Below, piece by piece: positions 12,597 through 26,561 of a stretch of 64,000 bases of DNA (within the stretch, counting starts at the first letter, position 1; every line of letters begins with the position of its first letter). A program made the position numbers and the translations under genes. The stretch comes from Mytilus edulis. Lineage: Eukaryota. The notes beneath the pieces were generated by a model. The model was not told where the DNA came from. It made no database searches and saw only the letters and a program-made list of their open reading frames with translations. The stretch spans positions 3,286,001 through 3,350,000 of the forward strand of contig NC_092346.1 of assembly GCF_963676685.1 (NCBI RefSeq). Direction: 5' to 3'.

Positions 12597-13967
12597 CAGG
12601 GTTTGACACTAACATTAGAGGTGATGTAGTCCAAAGGACTACCAAGAAAAAAATTTGGGTAGTCCTGTTAGTCCACCTCTATCACCGGTGAGGGCCGCAA
12701 CGCGGCCCGAACTAGCTAGGGGGTTTGGGGGCATGCCCCCCCAAGAAAATTTTTCGAAATAAGATGCAATTTCCTGCCATCTGAGCACCTCAAAAGCACA
12801 CAAATGTTCATTTGAGTTTTGAAAATATTTTGGTTTTTTTTTCAGATAAATTAAAGTTGACATTCAGTGAATAAATTTTATTACTCCTGAACTTTTACCG
12901 TCAGAAAATTTTGAAAAATGAAATGCAAAATCTGCAATCTGAGACAATTTCTAAGGCCTTGTTAGGTGGAGTTATTTGACCTTTTATTCCAGGATTATTT
13001 AGAAAAAAAGGATAAAAATAAGTCAAAGTTTTCATTAATTCTTCAAACAGTTTATAAGATTTTTCTTGTAGTGATACAATGTCTTTGTTTGTGGACTAGA
13101 GGTCAACTTCATCATCACTGTTGAAAGCAATTCAGTGGATATGTTGCTAAAACAAAATGCCTTTAATACCATTTTGAATGACATGCATATATGGGTTTTT
13201 TTTAATAAGAAAGCCACCAAAAAATATTGTTGGTTTTTTTTTTCAAACTACCTCTTCCTGTTTCTTTTTTTGGGGGTAATAATTTTTTTATCCAAATTTG
13301 GGAAGTATTTTTTTTTTAACTCTGACACCTTCTTCTTCTTTCCTCTATAACTTCCTCCAATAGTTGGAGTACACCAACCTTACTAAATTAAGGTTGGTTA
13401 AACCCTTATAATAATTAATTATTCAGTGAAAACATAACTATTTAAAAATAACATTAAAAAAAATATATACAGTTAAATCCCTGCAAAAATAATAATAATA
13501 ACTTCTATGTACATTAAAAATGTGTCACAATTTAAAGGTTATTAATAGAGTTTTAAGAAAGTTTTGAATATTATTTACAGGGCATACATTATAGTAAAAC
13601 AGCACCTACGTTTTTATTGCTGACCTTTGCTGTCTATTCTGCAGTTCCTTCACATTTTGGTTATCAGACATTTTCATTTTACATTGAAAATCCCATGTGT
13701 TACAAACACTGTGAAGATTCTGATCAGAAATCTGGATCTCAAAAGTGCTTTCATAATAACAATATAAAATTTACGTTCTTCCAAATGCCATCACTGTCTT
13801 TGAAAATGTAAACATAATTGGGAGGACTTTTATGCCAATTTTTAGCATTGAAATAGCCAGACCATATACAAATTTCCGGGTGGTCCACAGGACTACTGAT
13901 TAACCATGTTTTGGTAGTCCTCCTAGATTTTAGGGGGGCACCGGACTACCGTTAGTGTCGAACCCTG
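12597..13967. mobile_element. hAT-like non-autonomous DNA transposon
   Basis: TIR CAGGGTTTGACACTAAC / GTTAGTGTCGAACCCTG (16/17), subterminal GGACTAC/GTAGTCC motifs, flanks GTTGG/CTTGG. Confidence 0.85.
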
Positions 13968-14845
13968 CTTGGTCAATGGAATTTTTTTTCACTACAATTG
14001 TGATTTGAATTGATTGTTGGTTGGTTGGTTCTGATAGAATTTGCAAAAAGACCTCAAAATATGATGGTCATATAAACACTACAAATTTGGTTATTTCAAT
14101 TCTATTTATTTAACAACTGCATTTATTTTGGGACCCGATATTCACAATCATACAAAATGAGTGTACCATAGTTCTTATTTCATTAGCATTATGTGGTATT
14201 TAAATGTACTTGTGGTTGACATATATACACTCCAAGTTTACTCTGCCTTGCTCTTGGTCTCACAAAACTGTTTAACTAGTACTGTTAGTATTATTTAAAC
14301 TGTTCTCCTGTTTACAATATTGTAATTTTTGCTCATGAATTCCTTCATTTACTTGAACTTCTCCTTGTAAGATTCCAAGGTCATGATGATATAATCCTGT
14401 TGTTCATAATCAACAATCCATCCTTCGAAAGATTTCTTCAGCAGCTGAAATGTAAAAACAAAAGAAAATGTAGTTTGGTGGACCGTGGGAAATCATTTTT
14501 TTTAATGGAATAGCAAAGTATACTTAAACATAATTTTTATTCAAATCCCAGCATGAATATATGTAGATGTTTGTCAGGAATGGAGATATGTCCTTTTTAT
14601 AAACACAAGTCTGCTTTACTTATCTCAAAACTAAAAAGTCTGATATACATGTATCAGTGAATTACTGTAACGCAATACACCAAATTAGCCTATTGCTAAT
14701 ATCATATCTGAGTAACTGACCATTGGTCATTCTTAAAGGCTGTACAGTCTCTTGTGGTGAGTTGTCTCAGTGGCAATCGTACCACATATAATCTAATTTT
14801 TATACAAGTTAGAAAACTGTACATTGACTTATCAGTATGTATCAT

Positions 14846-15558
14846 AACTAGAGACTGTGTCGTTCACCTTTGTCTATGTGCATATCATAAATGAAGGACA
14901 CAGATGGATTCATGACAAAATTGTGTTTTGGTGATGGTGATGTGTGTGTAGATCTACCTATACTGAACATTCTTGCTGCTTACAATTATATCTATCTATA
15001 AATTAATGAACTTGGCTCAGTAGTTAAAAAAATATTGTGAAAATTTAAAAAAAATGACTATGAAGGGCAATAACTCCTTAAGGGGTCAATTGACCATTTT
15101 ATTCCTTAACTATGTGTAGGTCTTACTCTACTGTACATTATTGCTGTTTACAGCTTATCTCGATCTATAATAATATTCACGATAATAACCAAAATCTGCA
15201 AAATTTCTTAAAATTACCAATTCAGGGGCAGCAACCCAACAACCGGTTGTTCTACTCATCTGAACATTTCAGGGCAGGTAGATCTTGAATTATGCTCTAA
15301 ATGCTTTGGTTTCAGAGATATAAGTCAAAATCTACATTTTACCCCTATGTTCTATTTTTTAGCCATGGTGGCCATCTTGGTTGGTTGGCTGGGTCACCAG
15401 ACACATTTTTGAAACTAGATACCCCAATTATGAGTGTGGCCAAGTTTGCTTTAATTTTGCCCAGTAGTTTCAGAGGTTAAGATTTTTGTAAAAGTTATCA
15501 ACGACGGATGCAAAGTGATGAGAAAAGCTCACTTGGCCAAGGCCAGGTGAGCTAAAAA
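14846..15558 (+). mobile_element. HINE-like family A, one core repeat
   Basis: Colinear with 3046-4339 and has the same 3' hairpin; a 5' fragment also occurs at 16072-16130. Confidence 0.85.
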
Positions 15559-16437
15559 TGAGGTTTAGGTCAAATGAACACTGCAGACACCACCTACACT
15601 ATGCAATCATTCCTAGCTACATATATAGTTGATAGATTGATTATAGTATCTGGGAAAAAGACATTACCATGAAAACTAACACTAACCAATGAACAAAGAA
15701 TGAGGTCAAGGTCAGATGACACAGGTACACCTTACAATATTCCATACAATACATATATTTGACCCAATTGTATATAGTACAAATGTAGTAGTATCTGAAA
15801 AATAGACCATGCCTAAAAAAATTAACATTGTCCTATGAACCATGATAAAGGATGAGGGGCAGATAAAACCTAACAGACAGACATATTCATCCTACAAACA
15901 TAGTATAAACCATATATTATATACAGATGATCTATTGCTAATGCAGTATTTGAGAAACCAACCAAACCACACATAAAATTAATATTGACAAATTAAATGA
16001 ACCATAAATATGAGACATGATAGCAGCCAGCACGAAGACAATAGATAAGGAAAAACTGTACAGTTGATAAAAACTAGAGAACCTGTGTCTCGCTCACCTT
16101 GGTATATGTACTTATCAAACAAAGGACACTCTACAAAGTTAACGGCTGAAGACAGACCAAGATTCAGATTAATACTGCCGGACAGATATGCAAATCATCT
16201 GACACACCAAATATATTTTAATTTATGGAAGTTCCCTACTCAGTTTCAAAATATCAAGCTTTTTTTAATAGTAGTACATAGAATGCATATCGATAGGTGA
16301 TTAATAAAGGAACTAAAAAACAAAAAAAAATATATAGGCCAATGTGCTTGTTTTCCAGATATTAGCCATTTAAATTTTGGCAGGAAAATGTTCTCTCTTT
16401 GATTTTTTATAGCTTTATCAATGTCAATTTAAGTTCT

Positions 16438-18264
16438 AAACCAGATGCTCCGCATATTTTTTTTTTCACATCCCCCCCTTTCCCTTTTTCCAAAACTGAT
16501 CTCAATTCAAATTTCTAATGGAGTTTGCAACAATAACTACTCATTTAAATACATCATAAAATATTAAAATGTAACAAAAGGTGCTTGTTATCACTGAACA
16601 ATGCTGAATGGTAAAAATTATTTTAATTTATCAGTTGGTAGTAAAAGTGAATATACATTGTATATTGTATAAAACAATGATTTAAGAAGTTGATTCAACT
16701 ACTATTCTGGACAAAGAAAGATAATAATCAATAATCAATTGAAAATTTCTATATTTCTTGCTATTGCGCAATACTGTGCAATTGAAAATATTTGCTATTG
16801 CACAATACTATGCAATTGAAAATTTCTTGCTATTGCGCAATACTGTGCAATTGAAAATTTCTTGCTATTGCACAATACTGTGCAATTAAAGATTTCTTGC
16901 TATTGCTGAATACTGTGTAATTGAAAATTTCTTGCTATTGCACAATACTTAATGTAATAATTTTGGATCCTGATTTGAACCAACTTGAAAACTGGGCCCA
17001 TAATCAAAAAATCTAAGTACATGTTTAGATTCAGCATATAAAAAAAGCCCAAGAATTCAATTTTTGTTAAAATCAAACTTAGTTTAATTTTGGACCCTTT
17101 GGACTTTAATGTAGACCAATTTGAAAACGGGACTAAGCATTAAAAATCTACATACACAGTTAGATTTGGCATATCAAAGAACCCCAATTATTCAATTTCT
17201 TATGAAATCAAACAAAGTTTAATTTTTGACCCCGATTTGGAACAACTTGAAAACTGGGTCAATAATCAAAAATCTTAGTACATTTTTAGATTCAGCATAT
17301 CAAAAAACCCCAGGGATTCAATTTTTGTTAAATCAAACTTAGTTTAATTTTGGACCCTTTGGACCTTAATGTAGACCAATTTCAAAAAGGGACCAAAAAT
17401 TAAGAATCTACATACACAGTTAGATTCGACAACATCAAAGAACCCCAATTGTTCAATTTTTGATGAAATCAAACAAGTTTAATTTTGGACCCCGATTTGG
17501 ACCAACTTGAAAACTGGGCCAATAATAAAAAATCTAAGTACATTTTTAGATTCAGCATATCAAAGAACCCCAAGAATTCAATTTTTGTTAAATCAAACTA
17601 AGTTTAATTTTGGACCCTTTGGACCTTAATGTAGACCAATTTGAAAACGGGACCTAAAATTAAGAATCTACATACACAGTTAGATTCGGCATATCAAAGA
17701 ACCCCAATTGTTCAATTTTTGATGAAATCAAACAAAGTTCAATTTTGGACCCTTTGGGCCCTTATTCCTAAACTGTTGGGACCCAACCTTCCTTAAGTGG
17801 TCATAAACCTTGTGTTTAAATTTCATAGATTTCTATTTACTTATACTAAAGTTATCATGGTGCGAAAACCAAGAATAATGCTTACTTGGGCCCCTTTTTG
17901 GCCGCTAATTTCTAAACTGTTCAGACCTCAACTCCCAAAATCAATCCTAACCTTCCTTTTGTGGTCATAAACCTTGTGTCAAAATTTCATAGATTTTTAT
18001 TTACTTAAACTAAAGTTATAGTGCGAAAACCAAGAACATGCTTATTTTGGCCCTTTTTGGCCCCTAATTCCTAAAATGTTGGGACCAAAACTCCCAAAAT
18101 CAATCCCAACCTTCCTTTTGTGGTCATAAACCTTGTGTTAAAATTTCATAGATTTCTATTCACTTTTACTAAAGTTAGAGTGCGAAAACTAAAAGTATTC
18201 GGACGACATCAACATCATACCATATACGACCAAATTTTTTTAAATTTTTGCGGTCGTATAAAAA
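16438..18264 (+). mobile_element. HINE-like family B with three internal arrays (35-bp x~6, ~260-bp x3, ~160-bp x3), nested in a TTAA-flanked MITE (16301-18460)
   Basis: 3' hairpin TATACGACC...GGTCGTATA; array periods read directly; inserted in an A-run. Confidence 0.75.
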
Positions 18265-19294
18265 CTATTAAAAAAATAACAAAGATTTTATAAGACTTTT
18301 CCAGACATGACAGATGGCATATAGTTTTACATCTAAAAGATTTATAGAAAGAAAAATGGGGGTCAATTGGGGGAATTTTTTAAAGACGATAAATGAATAA
18401 AACCTGAGGATTCTGATAATCTGACAAAAATCACAAAACATGACAAGCAAACATCATTAAAGTAATATATATATAGTAAATGATAAATTTTGTAGACATG
18501 TTTGGAAATTGTCTTTGAATAACTCAATGTATCCTATATATATACAATGTATGCATCATTTATATTTACCTAAAACATAATTTTCTTTTCTTTTAAAAGC
18601 TTGTTAGATCTATACTATAGTATATACAGGATCTGATCATACACCAAAGAACATATTTGATAAACCTAAGAAAGAAAAAATAATAATAGTTTTATATAAA
18701 TTAGTATATAAAAAAAGTTTAGATTTTTTTACCCTCCCTTAAATAGATGATTATGAAGTTTATGTTTAACCATGTTAACTGTTACAGTCTTTAAATAGTA
18801 TATACATGTATATGTGTGGCTATGGCGCGGAATCAGGGTCAACAATACTTATTTACGTGATTGTGAATCTGCTATTAAACATGTTGCCTCTTGTTTTAGG
18901 TGATTTACTGTTGTTCAGTCTTTTATAATTAGTTTTCTAAATAGTGGTGTGTGGACTTATGGTTGGTTTTTTTGTTTTGTAAGACATAAGTTTCACTTCC
19001 ACTTGTAAGTTTTGAATGTCTCTTTTAATTTTGCTGTATCATCATGACCATTCTTTTTAAGATTAACAACTCATGGAAGGAGTTGGCAAGACAATTTTTG
19101 TGCTGTTAAGCTATAGTATTGGTTGACTTTGCGATCAATTTTGAAGTTAAACAAGTTTTTCAGTATATAGTTTAACGACCAACTATCGCTAGTTTTCCCC
19201 AAATTGCTGATATGATGCATGATTTTAAGGTAATTTTCATTCCAGCTATTTGACCTTATGACCTATTTGTTGATCTTGTCTTTTTGAACATAAA

Positions 19295-19445
19295 CATCGG
19301 GGCGTTTTATAGATGACTATGGGGTATAGGCTTTGCTCATTGTTGAAGGCTGTACGTTGACCTATAGTGGTTTATGTCTGTGTCATTTTGGTCTCTTGTG
19401 GACAGTTGTCTCATTGGCAATCATACCACATCTTCTTTTTTATAT
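19295..19445 (+). repeat. Dispersed repeat ending ...CATTGGCAATCATACCACATCTT
   Basis: Related copies at 483-618, 35920-36149, 14720-14800, 48678-48710, 56905-56970 and 20338-20570 (-). Confidence 0.8.
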
Positions 19446-20571
19446 TGTTGACGTGCAAACACAAGGCCATGGCAAGTATAGGCTGACCAATTATTTATCT
19501 TGTTTGTTTACCCCTTCTTCTGATGCAGGCAAAATGACACATTTTTCAATCACCAAGTGGAAATGTCATTATGAGAATTAACAATGTACATGTACATGTA
19601 CATCATACATGACAAATTGATAGCTACAGCTTATAATTGTTTGCTACAAAACAGTATCTAATACTTACCCATTTATATTCAGTTGTTGGAATAGTGATTG
19701 GCACTGAAAAATTAAAAAAATATACTTAATTTTCATGCATACATGTACAAATAATTTGCATAATCTGCAAATATTTTTACAAAATTTACTTGACCATCAG
19801 GTGGATAGTTGCCAATGTCATGTGTGTGTGACATTGGCATTCATATTGCATGCTGCATCTGCTAATTTTGAAATTAGCATGGTATCTTTTTTTAGATTTA
19901 TATCAATTTGACAGTTCTAAAAAAGGTTTAAACTTCAAAATGTTATTGCTTTTGGCATTGGAATTTTGTAAACATACATGTATACAGATGCAGGATTCAT
20001 TTTGTGATTATAAGCATAAGTTTTAAACATTTGTATGAGACATACTTAAGATAGAAAACAGAAACTAGATTCAGCCATTTTTTCTAATAATGGGGCATAT
20101 CTCTTTGACTCCACGAAATTTCAACCTCAATCTGTGCTTTGTGGTAATAAGCATTGTGTACAATGTATATATGTAGTAGCACTTTCATAATATTTAGTCG
20201 AGACAAACTTATGTTGGATTACGAAACAATAAAACGAGACTGCATATGATCAATCAGGTATCCAATATCCATAGTCCAAGTAGTTACATAGCATATACTA
20301 GTATATATATATATAAATAAGATGTGGTATGTAATCTTTAGATATAGGAAGATGTGGTATGAATGCCAATGAGAAAACTCTCCATCCAATTTACAATTTA
20401 TGAAAAATAAAGTAAACCATTATAGGTAAAGGTACATCCTTCAACATGTAGCCTTGGCTCACACCAAACAGCAAGCTATAAAGGGCCCCAAAAATTACTA
20501 GTGTTAAACCATGCAAACAGGGAAACCAATGGTTTAATCTATATAAAAACGAGAATTGAGAAACATATATG

Positions 20572-21133
20572 AATTAAGAACCTTAGTGAGCGGGCCCACA
20601 TACCCTACATGTACGTCCCCACATTGTCATTGGAGAAATTAAATAAGAAAAGAAAATAGAATGAGAAAAAAAAATTGAATCATAATTTCCTGTCAATATG
20701 CACATCTACATTATGAGTATGTCCTTATTATCTAAAAAGTTTCATGAAATTCTGTTGTATGGTTTCAGAGAAGTTGCGATGATGAACTGTTGCAGTAGTA
20801 TATTACAGCAAACTAGTTCAAAGGGGCGTAACTCCTGGAAAAAAAATTAAATTGTAATTTCATGTCGGTATGCCCATCTACGTTGTATGTCCTTATTATC
20901 TACAAAGTTTAGTGAAATTCAGTTGTGTGGTTTCAGAGGAGTTGCGATGACAAACTGTTGCAGTAGTACATTAAAGCAAAAAAGTTCAAAGGGGCGCAAC
21001 TTCTTGAAAAAAAAATGAATCGTAATTTCCTGTTGATATGCACATCTACATATAATGTCCTTATTATCTAAAAAGGTTTTGTCAAATTATGACGGGTCAA
21101 AAACATTATATACGCAATATTGCGTGGGGTATA
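20572..21133 (+). mobile_element. HINE-like family C with ~170-bp core x3, nested in a dispersed repeat (20338-20570)
   Basis: GCACATCTAC...GTCCTTATTATCTA repeated at ~20700, ~20872 and ~21040; 3' hairpin ACGCAATATTGCGT. Confidence 0.7.
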
Positions 21134-21533
21134 ACTACATAAACAGAGGACAACCACTGCAGGGCAGATCCAGCCATTTTAAAAGGGGGGGGGGGGGGTT
21201 CCAAATATATGTCTCATTTCAATTGCATTAATCGACCAAAAAAAGGAGGGTTCCAACCCCAAGAACCCTCCCCTTGGATCCACTACTGCATGCGCTGACA
21301 CATCAGATTCTATTCATATATGGTACCGTACATGTACATTGTATTATCAAAATATCATGACAATATTCATGATTTTATGTATTATGTAAATCTTTTATAA
21401 TTTTAGTGTCTATTAACTATGTCTAGTGCTACAACTCCGTCAACTATGTCATTGTACATTGTAACTAATTCATACATTTTATCTTGAATAAAGTCAAAGA
21501 CAATTAATCTTGGGGGTGGGGAGTGGGGAAGCA

Positions 21534-21659
21534 CAGAGGCGGATTTAGGGGGGGCCCAGGCCCCCCTTTTTGGGAAAAAATTTTGTTGCTTATATAGGGA
21601 ATCACTGAAGCGTGACTGGAGCGGGCCCCCACTTATGAAAATTTCTGGATCCGCCACTG
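21534..21659. mobile_element. CAG.GGCGGAT-type MITE with 5-bp TSD AAGCA
   Basis: CAGAGGCGGAT...ATCCGCCACTG; relatives at 21160-21288 and 27667-27803. Confidence 0.8.
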
Positions 21660-22465
21660 AAGCAGTCTTCACGCTGAGTGGCAGCCCAGGCTAGTAAAAT
21701 TGCTCTCACTCGGGCCTGTTAAAATCATATCTACACTACGGGCCAACAGAATCTAACTAAAAAATTTCAAATATTGAGCTCCTGGCCTGTAGATTACTGG
21801 GGAAAGGCTAATTTAATTAGTATGGGAAGCTACTTAATGCTGATGGGGTTCTGTTACCCAACCCTTTATTTTCCTATATTAATTTAAATAAATAAAACCT
21901 TTTTTTTTTTATATAGTCATTATCTTTGAAGTAAAATGGTTGCTAGATCCCTACTATTTTTCATATAATATCTGATTCAGTTTATAAAACCTTTATGCCA
22001 TTTAAATATATTTGTTTCGTTTTTAAAAACAGTAGGGCGAACGAACACATGGCAAAATTGTCATGCAATAAGCCAAGGACGAACGGACTTGACATCGTTG
22101 TCAACGGTCTTGCTATGAATGTTTGTTTGTTTGTATATGGCAACGCTGATTAGCAACGTTTCAACATTGCATTCAACATACTTAATATATGTAGTGTGTT
22201 TGTTTAAGCGATCTGAGTGATCTACCCATTTATTAATTATTTACCAAAATAAGTTATCTGAATCTGCCTCTTGTTTCGTTGACTGTTTGACAAGTCGTCC
22301 CCATTTTTGAAGCTGTAAAGTGACCTTCTTCTCGGAAAATAATCCGCCTCTGCTTGGTTTGCATATCTTATTCCATTTGTTTTAATTCAAATGTCCGTCT
22401 CTCCAAGTCAATATTTCTCATAAACAATCGCACCCAGCGTCCTTGTCGTCTGCGTCATAACATCT

Positions 22466-23872
22466 AAACAAGAGGCTCTCAAGAGCCTGAATCGCTCACC
22501 TGAATTTTTTTGGTTTAATCTCTCATCAATGATTATTTTGGCTTTTCAATTTATTTAAATGTTCTTTGAATCGTCCTATTTTCTTCAAAAGCAAAAAAAA
22601 ATCATTTTCTCCTATGTTCTATTTTAGCCATAGGAGCTATGTTTCTTGACATACAAGGAAATGAAATATAAAATTTATACTAGATACTCTGAAACTCTGA
22701 AACTCATCTAGCCTAAGTTTGGCTGAAATTGATACAGCAGTTTCATAAGAGAAGATTTTTTAAAGTAAGTCAACATGATGAACAAATTGTGAAAAAAGTC
22801 TTTAAAGGGCAATAACTCCTAAAGAGGTCAATTGACAATTTTGGTCAAATTGACTTATTTGTAGATCTTACTTTGCTGATCATATTTGCTGTTTACAGTT
22901 TATCTTTATCTATAATAATATTCAAGATAATGACCAAAAACTGCAAAATTTCCTTAAAATTACCAATTAAGTGGCAGCAACCCAACAATTGGATGTTTGA
23001 TTCATCTGAAAATTTCAGGGCTGATAGATATTGACCTAATGAACATTTTTACTCCATGTCAGATTTGCTCTTAATGCTTTCGTTTTTGAGATATAAGCCA
23101 AAAACTGCATTTGACCCCTATGTTCTATTTTAAGTAACGGCGGCCATGTTTTTTGACGGATCAAAAATCAAAGCACACACTTTGTGCAGGATAATCTAAG
23201 GAACAACCATGCTAAGTTTTAACCAAATCCATTCAGTAGTTTCAGAGGAGAAGAATTTTTAAAGTTAGCAAATATGATGAACAAATTGTGAAAAATTGTC
23301 ATTAAAGGACAATAACCCCTTAAGGGGTCAATTGACAATTTTGGTCATATTAACTTATTTGTAGATCTTACTTTGCTGATCTTTTTTGCTGTTTACAGTT
23401 TATCTTTATCTATAATAATATTCAAGATAATGACCAAAAACTGCAAAATTTCCTTAAAATTACCAATTAAGTGGCAGCAACCCAACAATGGTTTGTTTGA
23501 TTCATCTGAAAATTTCAGGGCTGATAGATCTTGACCTAATGAACATTTTTACCCCTTGTCAGATTTGCTCTAAATGCTTTCGTTTTTGAGATATAAGCCA
23601 AAAACTGCATTTGACCCCTATGTTCTATTTTAAGTAACGGCGGCCATGTTTTTTGACGGATCAAAAATCGAAGCGCACATTTTGTGCAGGATATACTAAG
23701 GAACAATCATGTTAAGTTTCATTCAAATCCATTCAGTAGTTTCAGAGGAGAAGATGTTTGAAAAATTGTTAACGACGACAGACGACGACGACGACGACGA
23801 CGACGTCGACGACGACGGACGCCAAGTGATGAGAAAAGCTCACATGGCCTTTTAGGCCAGGTGAGCTAAAAA
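22466..23872 (+). mobile_element. HINE-like family A subfamily, two-plus ~500-bp core repeats, (GAC)n
   Basis: Same termini and core as 3046-4339; core period from 22807 to 23308. Confidence 0.85.
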
Positions 23873-24367
23873 AGGAAAACCGAATCCGGACTAAATATCC
23901 CGATTACGTTACTGGTTCCCGCTGACGCATTTTCAATGTTGAGTATATTATTAGTTCTGTCGTTATTAATGATCATTAATACTGCCTTTTCAAAATAAGA
24001 ATGACTGGCCTCGGAAATTTGCAAACTGATAAAAAAATATATCGTTGAGAATAACGGCATGACACGGGTTAGGTTCTTCTCATATATATGTTATGATGGT
24101 ATGATACTAAATCACCGGACACAATTACGAACGATTTTTGAACTGTAATTAATATTTTTTATTTAGACTACTTTTCTTGAATTGAACGGGACACCGGGAT
24201 CGGGTGTTTTTAAGCTCGTGATTTCGGGATTGACCCTTTCGGGATCCGGGAATCGTTTTTTTCGGATTTCGGGACATCGGGATTTATTTTATTTAAATTC
24301 GGGACCTCGGGAATTCGTTTTTTAAGTCCGGGATTTCAGGATCAGGACCCCTCCTATCCCCCCTCTC

Positions 24368-24773
24368 ATCGACATCAGACTCGGACTTCTCTTAAAATTG
24401 AACTGAATAAATACAATTTCTTGGTATTGTTATGCGTTTACTTTTCTACATTGGCTAGAGGTATCGAGGGGGAGCTAGGGTTGATATCTCATAAACATGT
24501 TTAACCCCGCCGCATTTTTGCGCCTGTCCCAAGTCAGGAACCTCTGGCCTTTGTTAGTCTTGTATTATTTTAATTTTAGTTTCTTCGTGTACATTTGGAG
24601 TTTAGTATGGCGTTCATTATCACTGCACTATTATATATTTGTTTAGGGGCCAGCTGTAGGTGCGGGAATTTCTCGCCCTACATTGAAGACCTGTTGGTGA
24701 CCTTCTGCTGTTGTTTTTTTCTATGGTCGGGTTGTTGTCTCGTTGACACATTCCCCATTTCCATTCTCAATTG
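24368..24773 (+). repeat. Dispersed repeat ending ...TTGACACATTCCCCATTTCCATTCTCAATT
   Basis: Related copies or ends at 48915-49747, 8349-8415, 50804-50858, 56826-56885 and 63780-63843. Confidence 0.8.
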
Positions 24774-25290
24774 TATTTATAAAATTGCACCTGTCTTGAC
24801 ACCTTCGACTTCGTTTATCTGAAAAACTAATAAAGGGGGGGGGGGGAGGTTTCACTTTAAATTAATATGTAAAGTGCTAAAATTATGGTTCATGATGTAT
24901 TCATTCGTAAGTTAACCTTACAATTAGATCCCAAATAAACTCCAGAAATTAGCTGCATATTTATGAATTTTTAGTGAGGGTGGGGGTTGGAGGGATCATC
25001 ATCCTGAAATCCCAGGCTTAAAAACATGAAATACTGATGAGGTCCCGAATTTAAAGAAATTCAAAACCCCGACATCCCGAAATAAAAAAAAAAAAGATTC
25101 CCGGACCCCGAAAGGATCAATCACAGGGGTTTAACTGATAAATCGACTGGTTTGCACGAAATTTCCATGTTCAAAGTCAGTTGATTGGGTTGTGCAGATT
25201 AATTAAAAATACTTATGTCTCTGGCATACAGGTCATTCTTTCTTAAATATTTGTATACATGTAGCTATATGTACTGAAAGTCAGTGCATG

Positions 25291-26561
25291 TTATTGTCGA
25301 GCCTGCAACTTTTGTTGCAGAAAGCTCGACATAGGGATAGTGATCCGGCGGCGGCGGCTACGGCGGCGGCGGCGGCGGCGGTGTTAGCTAACTTCTTAAA
25401 AGCTTTATATTTTAGAAGGTGGAAGACCTGGATGCTTCATACTTTGTATATAGATGCCTCATGTTACGAAGTTTCCGTCAGTCACATGTCCAATGTCCTT
25501 GACCTCATTTTCATGGTTCAGTGACCACTTGAAAAAAAAGTTCAAATTTTTTGTAATGTTGAATTCTCTCTTATTATAAGTAATACTAGTAGGATAACTA
25601 TATTTGATATGTGCGTACCTTGCAAGGTCCTCATGTCTGTCAGACAGTTTTCACTTGACCTCGACCTCATTTCATGGATCAGTGAACAAGGTTAAGTTTT
25701 GGTGGTCAAGTCCATATCTCAGATACTATAAGTATAAGCAATAGGGCTAGTATATTCAGTGTATGGAAGGACTGTAAGGTGTACATCTCCAACTGGTAGG
25801 TGTCATCTGACCTTGACCTCATTTTCATGGTTCAGTGGTTATAGTTAAATTTTTGCGTTTTGGTCTGTTTTTCTCATACTATATGCAATAGGTCTACTAT
25901 ATTTGTTGTATGGAACGATTGCAGGGTGTACATGTCTATCGGGCAGATGTCATGTGACTTTGACCTCATTTTCATGGTTCAGTGGTCAAAGTTAAATTTT
26001 TGTGTTTTGGTCTGTTTTTCTCATACTATATGCAATAGGTCTACTATATTTGTTGTATTGAACAATTGTAAGGTCTACATGTCTAACGGGCAGATGTCAT
26101 GTGACCTTGACCTCATTTTCATGGTTCAGTGGTCAAAGTTAAGTTTTTGAGTTTTGGTCTTTTTATCTAATACTATATGCCATAGGTCAACTGTATTTGG
26201 TGTATGGAAATATTTTATGATCTTTATGTTACTCGCACAGGTTTTATTTGACCGTGACCTCATTTTCACGGTTCATTGCACAGTGTTAAGGTTTTGTGTT
26301 TTGGTCTATTTTTCTTAAACTATAAGTAATCGGTCAACTATATATGTTGTATAGAAGCATTGTTAGCTGTACATGTCTGCCTGGCATGGTTCATCTGACA
26401 TTGACCTCATTTTCAAGGTTCATTGGTCTATGTTTAGTTATCTTGGTTAATGTTAAGTTTATGTGACAATTGTTATAAAGCTTAGCTTTATACTTAGGAC
26501 TATCAACATAATATCAATGATTAGTATAGAAGGCGAGACATTTCAGCGTGTGCACTCTTGT
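25291..26561 (-). mobile_element. HINE-like family D with (GGC)n and ~150-bp core x7
   Basis: Hairpin TGTCGAGC..CTGCAAC/GTTGCAG..GCTCGACA; GACCTCATTTTCA repeated about every 150 bp. Explains ORFs 25288 and 25860. Confidence 0.8.

Noticed and set aside
25034-25050. CTGATGAGGTCCCGAA as a hammerhead
   Set aside because: It has GAAT rather than GAAA, no stems I or III, and is a mutated part of the inverted CGGGA repeat.
25288-26150. Poly-Ala ORF and repeated-peptide ORF as genes
   Set aside because: They are by-products of the (GGC)n microsatellite and 150-bp cores of a HINE-like element. The same applies to ORFs at 4179, 11373-11987, 29953 and 51866-52076.
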